Origin: Clostridia bacterium
Lineage (GTDB): Bacteria > Bacillota > Clostridia > Christensenellales > Aristaeellaceae
Length of the DNA: 14,663 bases
Direction: 5' to 3'
Assembly (NCBI GenBank): GCA_030526225.1
Contig: JAUNDF010000055.1
Span: forward strand, 1-14,663
Shown here piece by piece: positions 7,517 to 14,663 of this stretch (position 1 is the first letter of the stretch; each line of letters opens with the position of its first letter). Made by a program: the position numbers and the translations under genes. The notes below the pieces were generated by a model. That model ran no database searches, had not been told where the DNA came from, and saw nothing but the letters and a program-made list of their open reading frames with translations.

Positions 7517-8296
7517 ATGGAGCAGACGGTCATGGGCATCAGAGTCCATTGTGAATTGGCAGGGCAGGGGAGCAAGCGCGTGGTGCTGCTTCACGGCTGG
7601 GGCTGCTCCACATCCCTGATGAAGCCCGTCAGCGATGCGCTTTCTCCCCATATGCAGGTGCTGATGGTGGATTTCCCCGCTCACGGCCTCAGCGACCGTC
7701 CGCCGGAGCCCTGGGGTGTGCCGGAATTTGCAAAGTGCCTGTATCAGCTGCTGGAGCAGATGAATTTCCTCCCTTGCTCGGTGGTGGCTCATTCCTTCGG
7801 CTGCCGCGTAACGCTGGTGATGGCAAACGAGCATCCGGAGTCCTTTGAGAAAATCGTATTTACCGGCGGGGCCGGCATCAAAAAGCCCCAGACCGAAGAG
7901 GGCAAAAAGCGCTCCGCCCAGTTCCAGAAGATTAAGGGCATTGCCGCAACCATGAAAAACATGAAGGTGTTCGGCGCCATCCCGGAAAAGATTGAAGCCT
8001 CCGCGCGGAAAAAGTACGGCTCGGCTGATTACAACGCACTGGATGAGGAAATGCGCAAAACCTTTGTGAAGGTCATCAGTCAGGACCTGACCGACTGCCT
8101 GCCTAATATCAAGCAGCCCACACTGCTGCTGTGGGGCGACAAGGATACGGAAACACCCCTGTGGATGGGTCAAAAGATGGAACAGCTGATTCCCGATGCG
8201 GGGCTTGTGGTGCTGGAGGGCGGAACGCATTTCGCCTATCTGGAGCAGCTGCCCCGGTTCAATACAATCGTAAAAACATTCCTGATGGGAGCGTGA
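7517..8296 (+). CDS. Alpha/beta-fold hydrolase (serine esterase/lipase-like, substrate unknown).
   Basis: ATG at 7517 is preceded by AAGGAGAG at 7503-7510. The protein shows oxyanion motif LLHGWG, nucleophile elbow AHSFG, an acid residue in WGDKDTETP, and His in GGTHFAY. The track's start at 7388 would read through the terminator and was rejected. Confidence 0.8.
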   Translation: MEQTVMGIRVHCELAGQGSKRVVLLHGWGCSTSLMKPVSDALSPHMQVLMVDFPAHGLSDRPPEPWGVPEFAKCLYQLLEQMNFLPCSVVAHSFGCRVTLVMANEHPESFEKIVFTGGAGIKKPQTEEGKKRSAQFQKIKGIAATMKNMKVFGAIPEKIEASARKKYGSADYNALDEEMRKTFVKVISQDLTDCLPNIKQPTLLLWGDKDTETPLWMGQKMEQLIPDAGLVVLEGGTHFAYLEQLPRFNTIVKTFLMGA

Positions 8297-8303
8297 GGCA
8301 CGG

Positions 8304-9902
8304 ATGCCGTTTTATATGATGCTGTTGATTGCTGTTGGCGCTGCTTTGGGCATGGTGATTGCCGCCCGGAGCATCGTGCATTTCTTTCAGCTGGAAAGCT
8401 ACCAGTTCCCCGGCTACTACAGAACGCTCAAGCGCAACCTGCTTCGGGCGCTGCTGCCGGGCGTGATTCTGTCGCTGGTGCTGCTGGGGCTGTATTTTGC
8501 CCTGTCCGCATGGCGTGAGCAGTGGTTCTTCGGCCTTGCATGGCTGCTGGTTCCCGGCATTGCCGGCTGGGGTATCCGCACCGCCATGATGGACCGCAAG
8601 GCCAAGAAGCCTCTGGCCTTTACCCCCCGCGTCAAGCGGCTGTATTTCGTCAGCCTGCTGGTGTATGTGCTGGGCCTGCTGGGTCTGCTGTCCCTGATGA
8701 AGGAAAGCACCGCCGCGCTGATTGTCATCAGCCTGATGCCCCTGTTCCTGCCTGTTTGGGTGGCACTGGCGGGCCTTTTGGCATGGCCGGTGGAAAAGCT
8801 GATCAGCGAGCTGTACTTCCACGATGCCCAGCGCATCCTGAAGAAGCATCCCGACCTGATTAAAATCGGTATCACCGGCAGCTACGGCAAAACCAGCGTC
8901 AAATACATTCTGGGCACCATGCTGGCCGAGAAGTATCAGACGCTGATTACCCCCGCCAGCTTCAACACCCCCATGGGCGTGACCAAGGTCATCCGCACCA
9001 AGCTGATGCCCGCCCATCAGGTGTTTGTGGCGGAAATGGGTGCCCGCCATGTGGGCGATATCAAGGAGCTTTGCCGTCTGGTGCATCCCACCCTCGGCGT
9101 GATTACCTCCGTGGGTCCTCAGCACCTTGACACCTTCAAAACCGTTGAGCGCATCAAGAACACCAAGTATGAGCTGATTTCCGCCCTGCCCAGGACCGGC
9201 GTTTCCTTCTTCCCGGATGACGGGGCAATCTGCCGCGAGCTGTATGACAAAACAAAGAAGGAAAAGCACATCGTATCCCTGAACAAAACTGACGATGCTG
9301 ATGTATGGGCAGAAAATGTGACCGTGTCCGAGCGCGGCAGCAGCTTTATGCTCTGCACCCCCTCCGGCAGCATTCAGTGCGAAACGAAGCTGCTGGGCGA
9401 GCACAATATCCAGAACATTCTGCTGGCGGCTTCCGTCTGCCTGAAGCTGGGGCTGACCCTGCGCCAGCTGCGCAACGGCATCGGCCGCATTCAGCCGGTG
9501 GAGCATCGCCTGCAGCTGCTGCCCAATCCCGGCGGCATGACCATCATCGACGATGCCTTCAACAGCAACCCCCGGGGTGCCGAGGCTGCTCTGAAGGTGC
9601 TGGCCCAGTTCCCCGCCCGCCGCATCATCATCACCCCCGGCATGGTGGAGCTTGGTGCCGAAGAGGCTGATTTCAACCGCTCCTTTGGCGAAAAGATGGC
9701 CGCCAGCGTGGATGTGGCCATTCTGGTTGGCGCCAATCATACCGCCCCCATTGTGGAGGGCCTGAAGGCCGCCGGCTTTGACGAAAGCAATATTCATGTG
9801 GTGCGCAGCCTGAACGATGCCTCCGCCCTGCTGCGGCAAATCGGCCATAAGGGCGACACTGTGCTGTTTGAAAACGACCTGCCTGACCACTATCAGGAAT
9901 AA
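8304..9902 (+). CDS. murF: MurF-like Mur ligase (UDP-MurNAc-tripeptide--D-Ala-D-Ala ligase family) with an N-terminal polytopic membrane domain.
   Basis: Visible motifs are the P-loop GITGSYGKTSVK (aa 189-200), MurF-style IDDAFNSNPRGAEAAL, and TPGMVELGAEE. Aa 1-161 contain five hydrophobic helices. The start lies 7 nt after the hydrolase stop. Confidence 0.75.
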   Translation: MPFYMMLLIAVGAALGMVIAARSIVHFFQLESYQFPGYYRTLKRNLLRALLPGVILSLVLLGLYFALSAWREQWFFGLAWLLVPGIAGWGIRTAMMDRKAKKPLAFTPRVKRLYFVSLLVYVLGLLGLLSLMKESTAALIVISLMPLFLPVWVALAGLLAWPVEKLISELYFHDAQRILKKHPDLIKIGITGSYGKTSVKYILGTMLAEKYQTLITPASFNTPMGVTKVIRTKLMPAHQVFVAEMGARHVGDIKELCRLVHPTLGVITSVGPQHLDTFKTVERIKNTKYELISALPRTGVSFFPDDGAICRELYDKTKKEKHIVSLNKTDDADVWAENVTVSERGSSFMLCTPSGSIQCETKLLGEHNIQNILLAASVCLKLGLTLRQLRNGIGRIQPVEHRLQLLPNPGGMTIIDDAFNSNPRGAEAALKVLAQFPARRIIITPGMVELGAEEADFNRSFGEKMAASVDVAILVGANHTAPIVEGLKAAGFDESNIHVVRSLNDASALLRQIGHKGDTVLFENDLPDHYQE

Positions 9903-9926
9903 GGCAGCATCGGAAAGGAAGAGACC

Positions 9927-11174
9927 ATGAGCAAGATTCAACTGGGCGTGATTTTCGGCAGCCGCAGCTGTGAGCGCGAGGTGGCCATTATCAGCGCCGT
10001 ACAGCTGATGAACAATGTGGATACCGAAAAGTACGATATCATTCCTGTTTATATTGATGAACTGGGCCACTGGTATACCGGCGAGGCTCTGCGCCGTGTG
10101 GATACCTTTGTGTCCTTCAATCCCGATGCAAAGGGTGTGCAGCAGGTCAGCCTTGATTTGTCTGCCGGCTCCGGCGCACTGCTGGCGGTCAAGCCCGGCA
10201 GCGGTCTGTTCGGCAAGCCCGAGCAGGTGCTGGCAGCCCGGCTGGAGGTCTGCGTCATCGTGATGCACGGCCTCAACGGCGAGGACGGCACCCTGCAGGG
10301 CCTGCTGGAAATGGCCAACCTGCCCTACACCTCCACGGGTGTGGCCGGCAGTGCCATCGGCATGGACAAAATTATGATGAAGCAATTCTTCAAGGGCGCG
10401 GGTCTTCCGGTGCTGCCCGGCGTATGGCACACCCGCACCCAGTGGGAGCAGAACCCCGATGCAGTGATGGATGACTGCGAAACCCTGGGCTATCCGGTGT
10501 TCGTCAAGCCCGCCAATCTGGGCTCCTCCATCGGCGTCAGCCGTGCGGATGACCGGGAGGGTCTGGCTGATTCCCTGTCCCTGGCCTTTGAGTATGACCG
10601 CCGTGTGCTGATTGAAAAGGGCCTGGACCGCCCGGTGGAGCTGAACTGCTCCGTGCTGGGCTATGATGAGGATGTCACCGCATCGCCCATTGAGATGCCT
10701 GTGTCCGCCGTGGGCGATGATGCCGAGTTCCTCGACTTCCGCAAAAAGTATCTGGAAAACAGCGGCACCAAGGGCATGGCCAGCCTGTCCCGGCTGCTGC
10801 CTGCACCCATCGAGGACGACCTGAAGGAAAAGATTCAGCAGCTTTCATGTGACATCTTCCGCATGATGGACTGCAAGGGCGTTGTCCGCATCGACTACAT
10901 GTTTGACAAGGCCTCCAACGGCGTATATATTACCGAAATCAACACCATCCCCGGCAGCCTGTCCTTCTATCTGTGGGAGAATGCCGGCATGAGCTATGCA
11001 AAGCTCATTGACCGCATGGTGGATTGCGCCATCAGGGCCCATGAGGACCGCAATGCCCGCAGCTATGCCTTCACCTCTGATATCCTGCAGAGCGTGAACC
11101 TTGGCGGCGGCAAGGGGGCCAAGGGCGCAAAGGGCGCCAAGGGCGGCGCAGGCTGCAAGGGTGCCAAGGCGTAA
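9927..11174 (+). CDS. ddl: D-alanine--D-alanine ligase (ATP-grasp) with a C-terminal Gly/Ala/Lys repeat tail.
   Basis: Visible motifs are FGSRSCEREVAIISA, HGLNGEDGTLQGLLE, GYPVFVKPANLGSSIGV and EINTIPGSLS. The omega-loop segment FLDFRKKYLE retains the Tyr of dipeptide-forming ligases. The tail reads GGGKGAKGAKGAKGGAGCKGAKA. Confidence 0.9.
   Translation: MSKIQLGVIFGSRSCEREVAIISAVQLMNNVDTEKYDIIPVYIDELGHWYTGEALRRVDTFVSFNPDAKGVQQVSLDLSAGSGALLAVKPGSGLFGKPEQVLAARLEVCVIVMHGLNGEDGTLQGLLEMANLPYTSTGVAGSAIGMDKIMMKQFFKGAGLPVLPGVWHTRTQWEQNPDAVMDDCETLGYPVFVKPANLGSSIGVSRADDREGLADSLSLAFEYDRRVLIEKGLDRPVELNCSVLGYDEDVTASPIEMPVSAVGDDAEFLDFRKKYLENSGTKGMASLSRLLPAPIEDDLKEKIQQLSCDIFRMMDCKGVVRIDYMFDKASNGVYITEINTIPGSLSFYLWENAGMSYAKLIDRMVDCAIRAHEDRNARSYAFTSDILQSVNLGGGKGAKGAKGAKGGAGCKGAKA
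11103..11171 (+). repeat. In-frame 9-bp tandem repeat (GGB GCN AAG, about 6-7 imperfect units) at the 3' end of ddl.
   Basis: The DNA reads ggcggcggcaag ggggccaag ggcgcaaag ggcgccaag ggcggcgcaggctgcaag ggtgccaag gcg. This encodes (G-A/G-K)n. Confidence 0.85.
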
Positions 11175-11228
11175 ACACGGTCTGCGCATATGCGCGCAGC
11201 AGCCGTGCCTGAAAAGGAGAGGACGCAA

Positions 11229-13097
11229 ATGCATTTGGAGGATGTTCATTCCCCCAGGGATATTAAAAACCTGACCTATCCCGAGCTGGATGAACTGGCG
11301 CACGAAATCAGGGAAAAGCTGATTTCCACCACATCCAAACGGGGCGGTCATCTGGCCAGCAATCTGGGCGTGGTGGAGCTGACCCTTGCGCTGCACCGTG
11401 TGTTTGACATGCCCAGGGACAAAATCGTATTCGATGTGGGCCATCAAAGCTATGTGCACAAGCTGCTCACCGGCCGCTTTGCCACCTTTGATACGCTGCG
11501 CGGCTTCGGCGGTCTGTCCGGCTTCCCCAAGCGCTCGGAAAGCGAATACGATGTGTTCGACACCGGCCATTCCTCCACGGCCATCTCCGCTGCACTGGGC
11601 ATGGCCCGTGCGCGGGACTTCCTGAAGCAGGATAACCATGTCATCGCGGTGGTGGGCGACGGTGCATTGACCGGCGGCATGTGCTACGAGGCACTGAACG
11701 ATGCCGGCAGCACCAAAACCAAGCTGATTGTCATCCTCAATGATAATGAAATGTCCATTGCCCCCAATGTGGGCGCGCTGTCCCGCCATTTGACGGACCT
11801 GCGCGTATCCAACGGCTGGACCAGCACCAAAAAGCGGGTGAAGACGCGGCTCAGCCGCATCCCTGTGGTGGGCAAGCCCATGTACAATGTCATCCACTGG
11901 GCCAAGAAGAGCGTGAAGTCCCTGTTTGTGGATGAGGGCTTCTTTGATGCGCTGGGCTTCCAGTATTTCGGTCCCATCAGCGGCCACGACCAGCGGAGTC
12001 TGGAAAAAACGCTGATGCTGGCCAAGGATTATGACGGCCCTGCGGTGATTCACGTGCTGACCCGCAAGGGCTACGGCTATGACAAGGCCGAGCAGAAGCC
12101 CGAGGCCTTCCACGGCACGCCGCCCTTCTATATTGATACGGGCGATGTGCGCAAGACCTCCAATCTGCCTTCCTTCGGCAAGGTGATGGCCCAGGAGCTG
12201 TGCACACTGGCCGAAAAGGATGAGCGGGTCATTGCCATCACAGCGGCCATGGCCGGCGGTACTGGCTTGAATATATTTGAAGAAAAATTCCCCGGCCGCA
12301 TGCTGGATGTGGGCATTGCCGAGGAGCATGCGGTGACCATGGCGGCCGGTATGGCAGCCGGCGGCATGAAGCCCTACTTTGCCGTGTATACCTCCTTCTT
12401 CCAGCGCTGCTACGATCAGCTGATTCACGATGTATGCATGCAGGGGCTGGGGGTGACCTTCCTGCTGGACCGCGCAGGTCTTGTGGGTCAGGACGGTGCC
12501 ACCCATCACGGCGTATACGATTTTGCCGAAATGCTGTCCATCCCCGGGCTGAATGTGCTGGCCCCGAGGGATATCCACGAGCTGCGGCACATGATGCGCT
12601 GGACGGCAGGCAACACCATGCCTCTGGCTATCCGTTACGGACGCGACAGCGTGGACCTTTCCGACAAGTACCCCTGCGGCGGCTTTGAATTCGGCAGGTG
12701 GGAAATGCTGGAGGACGGCAGAGATTGTGCCCTGCTGGCCGTGGGCTCCATGGTGAAAATCGCCCTGGAAGCCCGGGCTGTGCTGGCTGAAATGAACATT
12801 GACGCGGCGGTCATCAACTGCTCCACCGTCAAGCCCATGGATGAAGATATGATTCGCCGTCTTTCCGGCCGTGCGCTGGTCACGCTGGAGGAGCATGTGC
12901 TTTCCGGCGGCTTCGGCAGCGCGGTCAGCAGCTTCTGCGTCAGTGAGGAGCTGCCGGGGCCGGTGATGTCCTTCGGCATTCCGGATACCTATGTGCAGCA
13001 TGGCCGCCGCGACCAGCTGCTCAAATACCTGGGACTGACACCCAGACAGATTGCAATGCGCCTGAAGGCGGTTTTGGAGGAGAAAAATGGCAGATAA
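11229..13097 (+). CDS. dxs: 1-deoxy-D-xylulose-5-phosphate synthase.
   Basis: Visible motifs are GGHLASNLGVVELTLALH, FDVGHQSY.HK.LTGR, the TPP motif VVGDGALTGGM..EALN and AEEHAVT. ATG at 11229 is preceded by AAAGGAGAGG. The start at 11190 lies inside an intergenic hairpin and was rejected. Confidence 0.93.
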   Translation: MHLEDVHSPRDIKNLTYPELDELAHEIREKLISTTSKRGGHLASNLGVVELTLALHRVFDMPRDKIVFDVGHQSYVHKLLTGRFATFDTLRGFGGLSGFPKRSESEYDVFDTGHSSTAISAALGMARARDFLKQDNHVIAVVGDGALTGGMCYEALNDAGSTKTKLIVILNDNEMSIAPNVGALSRHLTDLRVSNGWTSTKKRVKTRLSRIPVVGKPMYNVIHWAKKSVKSLFVDEGFFDALGFQYFGPISGHDQRSLEKTLMLAKDYDGPAVIHVLTRKGYGYDKAEQKPEAFHGTPPFYIDTGDVRKTSNLPSFGKVMAQELCTLAEKDERVIAITAAMAGGTGLNIFEEKFPGRMLDVGIAEEHAVTMAAGMAAGGMKPYFAVYTSFFQRCYDQLIHDVCMQGLGVTFLLDRAGLVGQDGATHHGVYDFAEMLSIPGLNVLAPRDIHELRHMMRWTAGNTMPLAIRYGRDSVDLSDKYPCGGFEFGRWEMLEDGRDCALLAVGSMVKIALEARAVLAEMNIDAAVINCSTVKPMDEDMIRRLSGRALVTLEEHVLSGGFGSAVSSFCVSEELPGPVMSFGIPDTYVQHGRRDQLLKYLGLTPRQIAMRLKAVLEEKNGR

Positions 13098-13905
13098 AGT
13101 ACGTGCCGATGTAGCCCTTGTGGAGCGTGGATTGTGCGAAAGCCGGGTGAAGGCTCAGGCCTGCATCATGGCCGGTCAGGTGTATATCGGCGAGCGCAAG
13201 GTGATGAAATCCTCCGACCCGGTGAAGGCGGAGGACGAACTGATTCTCCGCGGTCCGGCACATCCCTATGCCAGCCGCGGCGGATTGAAGCTGGAAAAGG
13301 CCATCACCTCCTTCGGGGCGGATGTCACGGGCAAAATCTGCATGGATATCGGCGCGGCCACCGGCGGCTTTACCGATGTGCTGCTGCGCAATGGTGCCAA
13401 GCACGTGTATGCCATCGATGTGGGCTATGGTCAGTTCGACTGGAAGCTGCGCAACGATGAGCGCGTTACCCTGATGGAGCGCACCAACGCCCGCAACCTC
13501 ACCCCCGATATGGTCCCTCTGCATCCCACGGTTGCGGTAATGGATGTGTCCTTCATCTCCATCACCCTGATTCTGCCGGTGGCGGCACAGATTATGGGCG
13601 AGAACGGCGTGTTCTACACCCTCATCAAGCCCCAGTTCGAGGTGGGTCCCGATAAGGTGGGCAAGAAGGGCGTTGTCCGCGAGGCAAAGCTGCATGAAGA
13701 GGTCCTGCAGAAGATTGTTGACTTTGTGCCTTCCTTCGGCTGGCAGGTGCAGGCGCTGGAGTTTTCCCCCATCAAGGGACCGGAGGGCAACATCGAATTT
13801 TTGGGCATGATTACCCCGCGAAAGCATGAGGAAGAGCCCTGCACCCCCGAGGTCATTCATCAGCTGGTGGAAAAGGCGCATCTGGAAGCCGGCAAAACAA
13901 AATGA
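13087..13905 (+). CDS. tlyA: TlyA-family 16S/23S rRNA (cytidine-2'-O)-methyltransferase, often annotated as hemolysin A.
   Basis: The N-terminal S4-like segment reads RADVALVERGL..SR.KAQ..I..G.V. The SAM motif reads DIGAATGGFTDVLL. The FtsJ-like core follows. The gene overlaps the dxs 3' end by 11 nt, with a GGAGGAG RBS. Confidence 0.88.
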   Translation: MADKVRADVALVERGLCESRVKAQACIMAGQVYIGERKVMKSSDPVKAEDELILRGPAHPYASRGGLKLEKAITSFGADVTGKICMDIGAATGGFTDVLLRNGAKHVYAIDVGYGQFDWKLRNDERVTLMERTNARNLTPDMVPLHPTVAVMDVSFISITLILPVAAQIMGENGVFYTLIKPQFEVGPDKVGKKGVVREAKLHEEVLQKIVDFVPSFGWQVQALEFSPIKGPEGNIEFLGMITPRKHEEEPCTPEVIHQLVEKAHLEAGKTK

Positions 13906-13940
13906 GTGCATAAATATGCTTGAATGAATGAATATTATAT
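13905..13940 (+). promoter_or_regulatory. Two adjacent ARG-box-like AT-rich imperfect palindromes; a possible ArgR autoregulatory operator.
   Basis: AGTGCATAAATATGCTTG (13905-13922) and AATGAATGAATATTATAT (13923-13940) match the ANTGAATAATTATTCANT consensus at about 11/16 and 12/16 defined positions by hand alignment. They overlap the -35 element and spacer of the argR promoter. Confidence 0.3.
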
Positions 13941-13948
13941 GATATAAT
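13920..13948 (+). promoter_or_regulatory. argR-recN promoter.
   Basis: TTGAAT (13920-13925), 17-nt spacer, TATAAT (13943-13948). It lies in the only AT-rich gap of this gene run, about 55 nt upstream of the argR start. Confidence 0.6.
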
Positions 13949-14004
13949 CTCCTCAGAAGGTTCTTTCTTTATGAAGATTGATTAAACAGGAGGAGGCTGT
14001 ATCA

Positions 14005-14454
14005 TTGAAAAACATCCGTCAGGTTGCCATTTTGGACATTATTGAGAAAAACGATCTTGAAACACAGGAAGATCTTGCCAATGCCCTGAAGGAACGCGGT
14101 ATGCATGTCACCCAGGCCACCGTATCCCGTGATATCAAGGAGCTGCGCCTGCTGAAGGTGCTGACCCCTGCGGGTACCTATAAGTATGCAACCGCAGACA
14201 AGGCCTCCAACGGGCTGAACGAGCGGTTTATGCGCATGCTGGGCGAATCGGTGCTGAGCGTGAGTTCCTCCGGGAATCTGGTGGTGGTCAAAACCCTCAA
14301 CGGCAGTGCCAATGTGGCCGCCGAAGCGCTGGACAGCCTGCACTGGACGGACATCATCGGCACTCTGGCCGGTGACAACACCATCCTGCTGGTCATCCGC
14401 GAGGGCGCCGATGTATCCCTGATTGTGGACCAGATCAAGCAGATGATGCGCTGA
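14005..14454 (+). CDS. argR: Arginine repressor ArgR/AhrC.
   Basis: The winged-helix N-terminus reads R...I..II......TQE.L...L...G..VTQATVSRDIKEL.L.K. The C-terminal oligomerisation/arginine-binding domain includes ...GTLAGDNTILLV. I prefer TTG at 14005, which sits 8 nt after AGGAGGAGG (13988-13996). The in-frame TTG at 13978 has no RBS. Confidence 0.88.
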   Translation: MKNIRQVAILDIIEKNDLETQEDLANALKERGMHVTQATVSRDIKELRLLKVLTPAGTYKYATADKASNGLNERFMRMLGESVLSVSSSGNLVVVKTLNGSANVAAEALDSLHWTDIIGTLAGDNTILLVIREGADVSLIVDQIKQMMR

Positions 14455-14485
14455 AGAACGCAAACAAATTGAAGGAGTGTCGCGG

Positions 14486-14663
14486 ATGATCGTTTCGCTG
14501 CGGGTGCAGAACCTTGCCCTGATTGAAGATGCTGCAGTTGATTTTCATCAGGGTCTGCACGCACTGACAGGTGAGACCGGCGCCGGCAAATCCATTGTGG
14601 TGGATGCGGTCAACCTTGTCCTCGGCGGAAGAGCCGACCGCGACCTCATCCGCACCGGCACCG
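14486..14663 (+). CDS. recN: DNA repair protein RecN, N-terminal fragment running off the window.
   Basis: The fragment reads MIVSLRVQNLALIEDAAVDFHQGLHALTGETGAGKSIVVDAVNLVLGGRADRDLIRTG, which carries the SMC-like Walker A motif GETGAGKS. A GAAGGAG RBS lies at 14471-14477. Its position after argR matches the conserved synteny. Confidence 0.85.
   Translation, partial: MIVSLRVQNLALIEDAAVDFHQGLHALTGETGAGKSIVVDAVNLVLGGRADRDLIRTGT

Noticed and set aside
8259-10430. 723-aa minus-strand ORF spanning murF-like and ddl on the antisense strand.
   Set aside because: It crosses a gene boundary, has no motifs, and has the amino-acid bias of an antisense GC-rich frame. The sense strand has unmistakable Mur-ligase and ATP-grasp motifs.
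11103-11171. Short tandem repeats considered as a possible CRISPR array or phase-variation switch.
   Set aside because: The units are 9 bp with no spacers and lie in frame inside ddl. Slippage would change tail length but not the reading frame, so this is neither a CRISPR array nor an on/off switch.
9927-11174. Possibility that this Ddl is a VanA/VanB-type D-Ala-D-Lac, or a VanC/G-type D-Ala-D-Ser, resistance ligase.
   Set aside because: The omega-loop segment FLDFRKKYLE keeps the Tyr aligned with the ..AKY.. of dipeptide-forming DdlB. No vanH/X/Y/R/S-like genes are nearby. Hand alignment is not decisive, so this remains only a low-probability alternative.
10845-13001. 718-aa minus-strand ORF antisense to ddl and dxs.
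   Set aside because: It is a shadow ORF for the same reasons. The Dxs TPP-binding motifs are on the plus strand.
13021-13911. 296-aa minus-strand ORF antisense to tlyA.
   Set aside because: It is a shadow ORF. The plus strand encodes a clear S4 plus SAM-methyltransferase protein with an RBS.
13971-13985. Mini-ORF ATG-AAG-ATT-GAT-TAA (MKID) just upstream of the argR RBS, considered as a possible leader peptide.
   Set aside because: It is only four codons long, has no RBS of its own, and has no associated alternative RNA structures. It most likely arises by chance in AT-rich sequence.

Overview
The window is GC-rich with strong G/C third-position bias and long antisense shadow ORFs. Gene order and protein signatures point to a Firmicutes/Clostridia chromosome, possibly Oscillospiraceae/Faecalibacterium-like; this taxon call is inference only. 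I support 13 protein genes and one tRNA. On the + strand: the 3' part of a Cna-B/SpaA-type repeat surface protein, then a co-oriented secreted family-5 solute-binding protein (SBP). On the - strand: a cytoplasmic GH13 alpha-glucan hydrolase and tRNA-Ser(GGA). Back on the + strand: a 1-phosphofructokinase-family kinase translationally coupled to a GNAT acetyltransferase. This is followed by a terminator-free run of alpha/beta hydrolase, MurF-like ligase, Ddl, Dxs and TlyA. After that come a promoter, argR, and the 5' end of recN. The dxs-tlyA-argR-recN order is the classic Firmicutes arrangement. I see no CRISPR array, transposase, integrase, phage gene or recognisable defence/toxin module, so most of the window is housekeeping. 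Four things deserve a second look. (1) The MurF-like ligase has a five-helix membrane domain of about 160 aa where the soluble N-terminal domain normally sits. (2) The Ddl protein ends in a Gly/Ala/Lys tail encoded by a 9-bp tandem repeat. (3) The surface protein lacks an LPXTG sorting signal and instead ends in a short PLG...NEGDCID tail. (4) Immediately downstream of that protein is an orphan, non-lipoprotein SBP with a poly-acidic C-terminus. All functional calls rest on motifs I recognise by eye; no database search was possible.
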